From a virus (lineage: Duplodnaviria > Caudoviricetes): 64,000 nt of DNA. Below, piece after piece: positions 18,596 through 29,500 of this stretch (position 1 is the stretch's first letter; each line of letters starts with the position of its first letter). The DNA lies in IMG/VR virus record IMGVR_UViG_3300027764_000007, positions 6,515-70,514 of that record, one strand, 5' to 3'. A program made the position numbers and the translations under genes. The notes beneath the pieces are model-generated. The model saw only the letters and a program-made list of their open reading frames with translations. It had not been told where the DNA came from and ran no database searches.

Positions 18596-19315
18596 ATGTC
18601 ACTATTAAATGCAGTAAAGACTGATGTAAAAATCGAAGACGATGTAGATGTATTGGGCGGTGGCGGAGCACTGGACTCTGGCCTGTACAACACTCGCGTA
18701 GGCATGGCTTACATGCAGAAATCCAAAGGCGGTGCGCTGGGCGTGTTCCTGACGCTGCTCGATGGCAAGAAGGAAATCCGTGAAGCCATTTACGTTACCT
18801 CTGGTGATGCCAAAGGCAACAAGACCTACTACGAAAAGGATGGCGCGAAGAATCCTCTTCCTGGCTTCACTTTGATCAACAGCCTCTGCCTGCTCACTGT
18901 CGGCAAAGAACTCTCTGACATGGAAGGGGAGATGAAAGTGGTCAACGTGTATAACGCTGATGCCGGCAAAGAAGTGCCAACAGAGGTGGAAGTGCTCACC
19001 GAACTGATGGGCAAAGAGGTGCTTACCGCACTGTTCAAGCAGACGGTCAACAAGACCAAACTGGTTGGTTCAGAGCGCGTTACTCTGCCTGAAACCAAAG
19101 ATGAAAACAGCATCGACAAGTTCTTCCGTACCCGCGATCGCATGACCGCTGCGGAGATCCGTGCTGGTGCTACAACACCGGTCTTTATTGATACCTGGGT
19201 CGAAAAGTGGACAGGCGTTACCAAGGACAAGACCACCACTGCAGTCGGCAAAGCAGCTAATCAGTCTGCAGCTCCGAGTGCAGGTGGCAAGCCTGCCAAG
19301 AGCCTCTTCGCTTAA
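18596..19315 (+). CDS. ssb: Single-stranded DNA-binding protein (N4 gp45-like)
   Basis: LDSGLY, NPLPGF, ENSIDKFF, C-terminal KSLFA; AAGGAG RBS. Confidence 0.85.
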   Translation: MSLLNAVKTDVKIEDDVDVLGGGGALDSGLYNTRVGMAYMQKSKGGALGVFLTLLDGKKEIREAIYVTSGDAKGNKTYYEKDGAKNPLPGFTLINSLCLLTVGKELSDMEGEMKVVNVYNADAGKEVPTEVEVLTELMGKEVLTALFKQTVNKTKLVGSERVTLPETKDENSIDKFFRTRDRMTAAEIRAGATTPVFIDTWVEKWTGVTKDKTTTAVGKAANQSAAPSAGGKPAKSLFA

Positions 19316-19327
19316 CAGGAGAGACGC

Positions 19328-19900
19328 TTGGCCATACTCCAAGTAGTTGGTTTCGATCCCTCGTTACGTCATTGGGGGATCGCCAAAGGTGCTTACGATA
19401 CGGTTGCTGAAACGCTCACCATTTCTGCGTTGACTGTCTCTGAACCTGTTATCCCCAAGGGGAAGCAGATTCGCCAGAACAGCAAGGATTTGGAGGCGGC
19501 TCAGCAACACACGGCAGCAGCAGTTGCAGCTTCCCAGGGAGCCAATGCGATATTCGTAGAGGTTCCTGTGGGAAGCCAGTCAGCCAGAGCCATGGCAGGC
19601 TACGCGCTATGTGTCGGGGTACTGGGCGCATTGCGTGCAGGGGGAATCAACTTTTACGAGGTGACCCCAACAGAGGTGAAAGTCATCGCTACCAGAACCA
19701 AGACAGCCTCCAAAGCTGAAATGATCCTGTGGGCGGTGACCACGCACCCGGAAGCACCATGGCCCTATTACAAAGAAAAAGGGCAACTGATCATGAGTGA
19801 GGCAAAAGCTGAACACATGGCAGACGCCATCGCAGCAATTTACGCGGGGATTGCCAGCAATCCTTTCAAACAAACCATGGCTTTAATGAAAGCCAATTGA
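19328..19900 (+). CDS. RuvC-like Holliday junction resolvase (N4 gp46-like)
   Basis: VGFDPSLRHWG, FVEVP, EHMADAIAA acidic triad. Confidence 0.85.
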   Translation: MAILQVVGFDPSLRHWGIAKGAYDTVAETLTISALTVSEPVIPKGKQIRQNSKDLEAAQQHTAAAVAASQGANAIFVEVPVGSQSARAMAGYALCVGVLGALRAGGINFYEVTPTEVKVIATRTKTASKAEMILWAVTTHPEAPWPYYKEKGQLIMSEAKAEHMADAIAAIYAGIASNPFKQTMALMKAN

Positions 19901-19913
19901 GTGAGGAACTCAT

Positions 19914-20339
19914 ATGCAAATTACGTTGAAACAAACAGAAGTGGAAATCGCCATCCGTGATTACGTGCGGAAAATGGGTATTGTTCGCAATATTGAGAAC
20001 ATGGGCTTTACCACTACCAGACAGCCCCCAGGTGTGCAGGTAGAAATTCAACTGGATGAGCCGAAAGCGACTCATGCCTTGGGCAATATTGCAGACTCTG
20101 GTGTTATTAATATTAGCGCTGCCTCTGGTATGGGTATACTCAGCCACTCGCTGACCAACAATACCTTCACTTTACGCCAGCCTGATGTAACCCCTGTGGT
20201 TGCAGTAGTGCCCACAGAAACGGAAGAGGAAACAACTCCTGTTGAGGCGGTAGCGGAAGAGGAACTGGAAGAAGACCTTGAAGAGGTTGTTGTCCCAGTT
20301 TCACGAAAGCGCTCAACTGAAAAATCATTGTTTGCTTAA
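19914..20339 (+). CDS. Hypothetical protein (N4-like conserved, acidic tail)
   Basis: MQITLKQTEVEIAIRDYV; ends KSLFA like the SSB; GAGG RBS. Confidence 0.7.
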   Translation: MQITLKQTEVEIAIRDYVRKMGIVRNIENMGFTTTRQPPGVQVEIQLDEPKATHALGNIADSGVINISAASGMGILSHSLTNNTFTLRQPDVTPVVAVVPTETEEETTPVEAVAEEELEEDLEEVVVPVSRKRSTEKSLFA

Positions 20340-20342
20340 ACA

Positions 20343-20537
20343 ATGAACACTCTATGGATAGTCCTCAAATCCATAGGCGCACTGTGCTTGGCAGCTCTAA
20401 TAGTAGGGCTGCTAATCGCAGCGGTGTTAGTGGGTAGCCTGGTAATCTCAGCCATTGGCGGAATTATCTGTATATCACTAATTGTTGGATTGGTCTGGGG
20501 CTTACTTACTCATAAGCCCACAGACCTTCCCAAGTAA
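20343..20537 (+). CDS. Small membrane protein
   Basis: 64 aa, nearly all hydrophobic (about two TM segments). Confidence 0.6.
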   Translation: MNTLWIVLKSIGALCLAALIVGLLIAAVLVGSLVISAIGGIICISLIVGLVWGLLTHKPTDLPK

Positions 20538-23500
20538 CTACAACACTGTATCCAGCGCCTTCACTGTCAGTCCTTCCTGTATCGCATCAACATAGTTAAA
20601 TGGGCCTGCTCCTGCAGGGTTACGCAGTAGCCATTCCCATATAACTGGATCGGTGATGCTAGGTACTATTGACGTGACGTTATTCAATGCCGCCAACGCC
20701 AATACTCTACCTGGCTTATCATGGTAGATAGCGAACAACACACTCTGCATTCTCAGATAATACTTAGTGAATGGGATTATCCCCATATCATTGATGTACT
20801 GTACCTTCTGATCAGTAGGTATGTCGTAGTTCACAAAGGATTTATCTGCCAACTCTACCGCTGCAGCATGATCAAGCTTGTCTACAGTTCTTGTTGTAGC
20901 ATGCTTGTACAAGGTGTAGCGGGCCATAAAGTCTCCCGCATGTGTACCACGACTCAACAGCTGATAAAGTGTTGTGTCGTGAGTCATGTACACACCTTCC
21001 CCAATTGCTCTTACCTTATCAGGTAACCTCGCTACCACCTTCTCAGTAAACCGCCCAAGCTTATTCTTGTATGCATCAAGGTCTTCAGAGGTATCAATAT
21101 CTTCAGCAATGGTGTGATACAACCCAGCCTCTACCAATGGCCTTACTGGATTGCGCTTGAGTGAGTCTTCAAGCTCTACAATCCGTGCCTCTATTGCCGC
21201 AGTATCCCCCTGTACATACTTAATACGCAGTATGTTCTTCAGTTTATCAAGCTCTGCCTCATCCATCTGATAGGTGAATATCCCTATGAATGCAGTGATG
21301 TGGTCTCGGATGATGTCTTTAACCGGTACACCCATCGCAGCTAACTGCACCATGTTGAACTTGTTGTTCCCCAGCATGGTAGACAGACTCTTCACTACAA
21401 AGAAGTCCTTAACCTCTCCCATAATTGTTTGCCAACCCTGTTCAACGAACTTGGCACGCATCCCCGTCTTGTCTCCCCAAAGAATGAATGAAGCGATACC
21501 CATTGCTATCTTCTCTGGCGCTGTGCGCAGCGTTTCATCTTTATCAAATACAGCACTTGCCTTGTATTTTCGATAACCAATCATCATGTTGTACGCATCA
21601 GCATTAATCATCATCCGATCGACACCCCAAATTTTATTGATGTGCCTCTTGGCATCCGAAGGCAGTAAGCGGTACGCATTTGCTACTTCAGGGTCTGCGC
21701 TATCTTCACTGAATTCAACGAACGCCTCCGGGTCTTTTGCGAACTCTTGTTTATATTTTGAATGCAGCGTCTCAATAATCAGTTCATTCTGTGGTGCTGA
21801 ATTTATCTTATCGAAGGTGTGCCCAGACATTCTGCCCAACACACGATCAACACGGTTATCTCGCCCCAGCAGATCATCTTTCATGGTTGCGCTCATCAGG
21901 TAACGGTACGCAGTGATAGTCCCAGTAGGACTGAACACAGGCACCATCACAGGCTTTTTACTACGCACTCGGGCAAACCCCTGGCGAGGACTATCCAGCT
22001 CAGCAATATCCTTGCGTTGTGCTCTAGCGATCGCCTGGTTTTTACGCACGTTACCCATGTAGGCGAACTCACCTGTGGCAGAGGTGATGCCGCCATGTGT
22101 GGAGGTACCACGACTGACTTGCCCTGTGATGGATAGCGCTCCACTGACCCTTGGTGCTCCACCACCATCTCTGCGGGTGTAGATGAAGTAATCATCTGGG
22201 CGAGCGTCTGCATCATCTTTTTCAAGCTTGCCTACTTTTATCCATCCGGCCATGAGGAGTTTTTCTCCCCCCTTAAGAGTAGCCACTTCCACTTCAATAT
22301 GGGGGTTGAATATCTCCTTGGTATAGCCCTTCATGTAATGCACCATGCCCTCAGCAAACAGGTTCTCTTTGGCATCGTTCTGCAGGTCAGCATGCAACTT
22401 CAGCACTAGCTCTATGCCGTTATGCTTATCTGCCCTGGCCAGCTCACGGGTAAGCACAGCATGGGCGGGCTTCTTGATGCTGTCTGGCAGGTAATACAGG
22501 GCGTACAGTGAAGCCAATTTATCAATAACCGGGATGTTATCCGCAGCGATCTGTGCGTCCACTTTGCCATATCTTGCTGTACCCAAACGGTGGGCAATGT
22601 TGTATGCGTTGAACTGCAGGTTGGGTGTGCCAGCAATATCCTCTGACAGGAAATCCCCCAAGTCTTGGGCACGATTCTGGTAGTAAACCTTATCCGGCCC
22701 AGTCAACTTTGCAGCTAAGGCGGTGATCGCTTTTTCCAGAGACTTCGGAGATTTCAGGAACTCGGCCAGCTGCTCCATTGAGTATTCTTTTATCAAGCTG
22801 GCTATGTCCGTGCGAACGAATGCCCGAGTAACTGCACTGGATTCAATCTCAGACAAGGGTTCGGCAAATCCCCCACCTACTTGCCCAGAAACAGTCTGAT
22901 CAATTTTTGCTCTGGCTTGCTCAATCTGCTTGGATGCTCGCAGCAGTTTCAGCAGAGAAATGTCTTTATCGGCAACGCCCTGCAGTTCACCCAATAAAGC
23001 TGCAGTAGTGCCATCTCGCTCTTGGAAGTTCTGCTTGTTACGCAGCTTACGAATACCATCCAATATGGTGCCGACAGTTCCCGAGGCAACAGCAGATGTC
23101 AGTTTACCCGCAACACGCACCAGAGCAACGCTGTTGTTCTTGATTGAAGGGGCATTGGCGGTATCGACAATAGCTTTACGCACGCTCTCCCCTGCACGCT
23201 CCAGAGCTTTCTCATAGGCGGCAGGGACAGTGTTCTGCTCCACAATCAACTGAGCTTTACGCTTGGCTTCCAGCTTTGCCAATCTCTCTGCCAGAGCCTT
23301 CAGACGCTGGGCAGAATTCTGTTTATGGCTGGTCAAGGTTCCAACGTAAGCCAGAGATTGCAGCAGCAGTTTCACCAGGATGTCCAGCCTGTCCATCAAG
23401 CTCTTGCCCTTGAACATATCCAAGCCCACTTTGGGACGGATTGTAGCGAGCTTGGCATACATGGGTGGGTAAGCCAGTCCAATAGCGGTGAAGCGGCTCA

Positions 23501-26500
23501 GGTAGTCTGAGGTACCGTCTGCTCCCTGTTGTGGGGTGAATACAAAGGCATAGGTCTTCTCTGCTCGTTGTTTCTCTGCTTGGGTGGCTGTAGCCCAGTC
23601 ACCTACATGGAAATCCTTCGCTGACATGGCTTGCTTGGCTTCACGGTAAATCTTGGCAATCTCTCTCTGAGCCAGCTGGGAATTCCCCAGAGTCTCGCGC
23701 ACGGTTACTTCAATGGATTCCAACGTGAACAGCTCTTTGTCTGACAGCTTCAGTTGACCTGTTGCAGCGGAGGCAAATGGCAGCTTACCGGTACGCAGGG
23801 ACTCCAGGAAGACATCTTCTGCTCCCATTGGTGCCTTACGCTCAGCTGCAGCTTTAAGCGCTCCAAACGGCCCATAGGCAACATTGGAGATGGATGCCAA
23901 CATTGATCGCAGATGCTCATTGAAATCCAGCGATGTGCTGTTAGAGCCAGCCAGGGCATCGAATACCTGCATGGTGGTGTAATGCAGTGGCGCAGGGTCT
24001 TGATGATTCAGTGAGATCGCCATTTTCTTGGTAGCGCCCAGAGTCTTCTTCTGCTCATCCATGAGGAGACTGACATTGCCGATCAGTATGGCCATGCCAT
24101 TTACTTTGCGGGCTGCATCAGTGGCTTTTGAGCCACGGAAGACAATCTCCACCAGCTTCTCAATAAACCGACGCATGCCAGTCTTCTCCAGTGCTTTGGC
24201 ATTACCCGGCTCCATGTTGATCGCCCCCAGAATCTCTGTCTGGAAGGCAATATTGGTCATGCCCCAAGCCACGAACTCTTGGATATCGGTAACAATTTTC
24301 CCGTACTTGTCCTGTGTTCCAGTCTCCTCTACTTTGAGGCGAGCCAGTTCCATCAACTTGACCAGCTCTTTCACCGGAGCAAGGCCAGGACTCTTGGCAA
24401 TAATCTGAGCCACGGCAGCATGCACCAGTTCATGTAGCATGGTTTCAGAAGTAACCCCAGAGGTACTGAATTCAGGGCTTTTTATGTAGATCACTTCTTT
24501 CCCGCCAATCTTTTCTACATAGTAACCACCGCGGGCAGAAGTAAAATTGGACTCTGCTGGCACAGGGATATCGCTGTCTGCTGTGATGTAAATGATAGGG
24601 ATATCGCCATCAACTACCTTGTTCAGTTGCCGCAACAATGCCATCTGGAAGTCACGAGACTGTGGGGGCAAACCAATGTCCTGAATGTGTTTCATCAGCA
24701 CAGGCAGTATGCCCTTCAATGTTGGATTCGTTGCCGTCTTCAGGTACTGGGTCAGCGCCCATGAGCTGTCTACTGCCGGTGTGCCCAATTCTCCCCATGC
24801 AGTGGAGTTGACTCCCGGTTTCTGTTTTGCCCCTCTGGGTGGAGTGAACTTGTATACCCCAAAGCTTGTAGCTTTTTCCTTGAGCTGGGCTATTTTCAAC
24901 AGCAGCATCTTCCGATCGTCTGCGGTAATGGTGTACATCCCGTTGACCATTGCGTATTGGTTGACGTAATCCTGTTGAAGGAGGAAGGTTAATTTATTGT
25001 TTTCCGCATCAACAGCTGTCTGTCCCAACAGTTGCTCAAAAGTACGCTTCTCTTTTTTCATAAGAGTTATGCGGCGTTTGTTCACCTCTACCATCGCCAG
25101 CGAGAATGCTTCAGCCAACGCCGGATCTTCTGCAGCTAACTCATTTGCCGCTGCTACCGTATTCAAGTAGCTGTCCAGAATCTCCATTGGCAGGGAGTAG
25201 TTGGCCAAGTAATGAAAGGTCATTTCATTCATGCGCATGGCACCAGCCATCATGTGCTTTACACCGAAGCCATTGGAATCATGTACGTTCAGCGCAGGGA
25301 TGGTTCCATAGCTATTCATTGAAATGGCGGATTCCATGGAGTGAACCCCCATGATGATGGTACCTACACCGGGGTCAGTATCCTTAATCTTGGTGGAACT
25401 GGACTTGATGGACGTGGTGAGTTTCTTCTTACCCCCCACAATTTCAGCTTCGTACTGCACCCCCATATTTGTGTCTGCACGGTAGGGCAGATCATTTTTT
25501 TCGGTGATGCCACGGCTGAGCTTACCCAACTGCAAGCCAGCTGATTTATCCTTCTCTGCGCTGGACATTGCTGTGTGAATGGTCGGATCAAGGTGCGCTA
25601 TCTTTGCCCGGATCGCATCAATTTCTTCTGGTGTAAGGTCTTGGAGCGCCCGCTTATCCCCTGCTTGGTTGGAGGCATGGGGCAGCTCCAGCAGTTTAAC
25701 TTTCTCCTGAATTCGCTGGTAACGATAATACTCAAACGCTGTGTTATACAGCGTCCAGCCTTCCTGTGCGGCAGAGTTCAGGATGTTGCGTACCTTCATG
25801 AACTCGCCAAAGTTCTGCTTCATTGTAGCTTCTACGTTCTCCCCCACAAGATCAGCGAACATAGCCTTCATGTGATCTCTTTGATCATCACTCAGGTACA
25901 GCCCCATCGCACCTTCTTCCGTCTTTGGTGCGATGAGCTGCATACCTTTGGGCAGCAATAGATTGGCGTTTCTCACCACATCAGCAAGGGAAAACTCCGC
26001 CCCGTTAGCAGCTTTTGTCAGTTGGGCGTAGAACAAATCTACAAAGTGCTCCCCCATGTTGGAGGCAGCTCGTGCAGCCCCGCCACCGAAAACAATACCA
26101 GTGGTGGGTTGCTTGATAAGTTTACGGCCAGGTATAGATACACTCTGTTCATCACCCAGATTACCGGTAAAGAACTTAACTGCGCCCAAGTAATCCAATT
26201 TGCCCTCGTGTGTGCTCTGAGCCAGCCGAGCAATAATAGCCGACATGGTTTCTTCGTAGAGGTCTTGTGTACCGGGGAGACTCTTCCATTCTGGGTAAGA
26301 GGAGACACCAACACTTTCCTTGAAGAAGCCAAACATCTTGCCACGGGCTTCGCTGACCACGCCCATCAGTATGTGGGCAAAGCTGGGGCCATTGGCTACA
26401 CCGTCTACCTCAAAGATTATGGTGGAGGTGAATTTATTATCGCTCTCATGGGATACAGCTTTGGTGTACTTCGCCCAATGCACCAGAGCATCCAAGCTGT

Positions 26501-29500
26501 GCAGCTTTTCCTTACCCTTTTTGACCGCTGCAGCGATCGCATTCTGTTCCTCTGAGGTGAGTAATTTACCATCAGGCAAGGACTCTGCATTGATCAACGC
26601 AGCGACAGCTAAGCCCACTTCTGAGGTCTCCATGAGCAGCTCTAACTTTTCCAGTGCCTTGCTTGGATTCATCTTGTCTACTGGAATGCCCATGCCCTGA
26701 GCAATAGCCAACTTGAATAGCGCTACAGCTTCTTTATCTGCCAACGCATCGATCTCAGTTGCAGAGTTTTCGAGATACATACTGCGTCGGTGAATCGTGC
26801 TGGATTGTGGGTTTACCATATTCTCTTGGTACCCAACTCGCTGGTGTCGCTGGACTGCTGGAGTCAGATAGAACTTGGAATCCATCCCCTCTGGTTGAGC
26901 AGCAACGATACCTTCAAATTCATCCAGGTTATTCAGCTCTCTACGGGAAGCTTCATTACTGGCTTCAACACCCTTGAGGTCATACCCGTGTACGAAGGTA
27001 TTCACTGTGTCGATAATCCCAACAATACTCTCCAGGGTATCCTGGCTGATTGAGCGGCGTACTTTCTGCATGTCAGTGCGAATCTTGTTCGGCTGCTCAT
27101 TGGCAAACTTCATAAGAGGCTGCATTGCTTTGGGGATCAACTTACGAGTCTTCGCAGCAAACTCTTGTTTCCACTTAGTTGGAACAAAGCTCGGTATCTT
27201 CAGCGATGGTTCCACAGAGAACAGCTTATCAAGCACGCTCTGTGTACCCTTACGGCTATTTACCATGCCCTTTACTTGGTTCGACAGTACCCCATCAACC
27301 CGTACAGGCCGGATGAATGGGCTGTAGCGGGGCATCTTGGTCTTTGTTGTTTTGGGGGCTGTGCTGGGAGGAGCTACGTTCTCAGACCCCATCTCGATAT
27401 CAGAATCTCCTGTATCGCCGGATCGATTGGGAAGATCTGCCATGTTAATGGCTTGACGCTCAACGAAACCAGATTGAATCATCATTACCAGTGCGTGGTT
27501 ACCCAGAGCAGACTTGAATTTCTCCACCTCGTTCAACGGGGCATCAGGTCTTACTTTGAAGCCAAGAGCATTGAATATTCTCTGCCCGAGATCAGGGATG
27601 AGCAAGTTTGGCGCTATGCCGGCATCCCACAAAACCGCACGTTCCGTAGGCCACACAGCGATGTCTTTTGATCTGCGCAGGATTCGGTTGATCTGCTTAT
27701 CATCATTGTTGAAACCAACTTTATCCCCATCTTCACTGAGCCAGCTGAATGCTGCGTAGGATATTGCTGTTGCCCAGTTCTCTGGAATGTTGGAGACGAC
27801 AGTAGCCACACCATCCTCATTGAGAATGATGTTCCCTTTATCGTCTTCCAGGTACTCCATCTTGTACTGCACAGGGTCTTTATAGAAATGGGCAGGACTT
27901 GGCTTGGGCATATTTGTGTTGGCAAATATCGCCCCATTCCACTCTCTCGCGTATCGATAGAACAGGCCCAGGAAGTCTCCCTGTTCATCAGAGAGTTTGT
28001 TACCTAACCACTCAGCGACATCCACTTTGCCATTGGTTACTTCTGACAGGAAATTGGCTACGGAAACCAATGGATTAACTGACTTATTACCTTCCTTGGG
28101 TTCTGGTTGGAAGAAGTAATCCAGTAGATTTACCTTCTTCGGGTTCTGGTAATCCCCCTGCTTGGCGTTGCCTTGTACAGTTAACGCGGGGGCTGCTTCA
28201 GTATTTGTTTCCTCTGTAGTCTCGGCTTGCGACTCAGTGGTATCTTCTAAAGCGGTTTCCTGCTCCCGTAGCAGTGCAGCAATCTCTGTATCAACTGGGT
28301 CTATTTCCTGTGCAGGTGGCACCTCAACTTTATTATCAAACAGGTTACCCTGTGTTTTGTTGACCTCTTTGGCGTAGGCTATTGTATCGTTGTACAGTTT
28401 AAGCAAGTCATCGCTTGAGGTATCGTCAGGGGCATATGCAAGTTCGTCTAACCTTTCTTGTAACCTGTTAGGTTCTTCCGCGCCAAATGCTTGCATTCTG
28501 GTAATAAGTCTTTGGATCTCTGCGCGCAGATTATTAAATGCAAGTTCTTCTGCTTTAAAAAGTTCGGGGTGGGTTTTAACATTGGGGTCTATAGAATCGT
28601 CATCCCCCAGTGCTGCCATAGCTTGCTCAAGGGCAGCTACAAGTTTATTCGTCTTACTGGTTTGTGTAACCTCAACAGCAGTTTCAGACTCCACAACTGA
28701 GTTTGTATCAGCTGCAGGCTCTACAACCTTTGGTGTTGTGGTGCTGGTCTTTTTCTCTGCGGCAGGCGGAGCAACTTTTTCTACTGGTGCTTCTACCACT
28801 ACTTCAGCTGTAGCAATCTTCTCTTGCTGCTTAACAGGTGCCTTCACCTGCTCTACTGTCTTGCCATTGAATGTTCTGGCATAGCCTGCATCCATCTGAT
28901 CCAAGGTCAAACCAATGGCCTTCAGCTCCCTATCAACATAGGATTTTACCTTGCTTGCTCCGGCAATCTGGTTGGGGTATGCCCCAAAGGTAAACTCTGG
29001 TTTCGCCTTCACGGTAGAGCCAGCAACAGTAAGCGTATTGGATATCTTCCACCCACCAGGAGCTTCGGTATCCTTCAGCAGATAGAGGCTACTTTTATTC
29101 CCCTTCGCTGCAGCTTGCTCCATCATCGCAATGCCTTTGGCGAAAGCAGCTGCCTTCCCTTCATGGGAGGCTTTGAGCATGCCCAGCATCTCCAGTTGTC
29201 TTTGTGCAACTGATTGCTGTTTACGGAAGAGTGCTTGCCCCATGGACTTCACGTAGGCGGTTAAGCCACGGAAATCTGCATCACCATTGAGCACATTGGC
29301 GTGTACAGATTCAGTGTCCTTCAGCTCATCCACAGCGTACATAGCATCTGCGGTCTTCTGCAGGAGTGTTCTATCTTCCTGAGTCAGCACAGTGGATTCA
29401 GTGTTCAGTATTCTGTCCAGTACCACTGGGGTCAATCGAGTTGGGTCAGCCATAGCCAAGCTGATAATTGATGAATTGGCGGCAGCTCTCTCCGGGGTAT

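Noticed and set aside
20343-20537. Holin / lysis cassette
   Set aside because: A hydrophobic 64-aa ORF, but not next to an endolysin or spanin. No N4 gp60-63-type cassette is in the window; it may lie outside.
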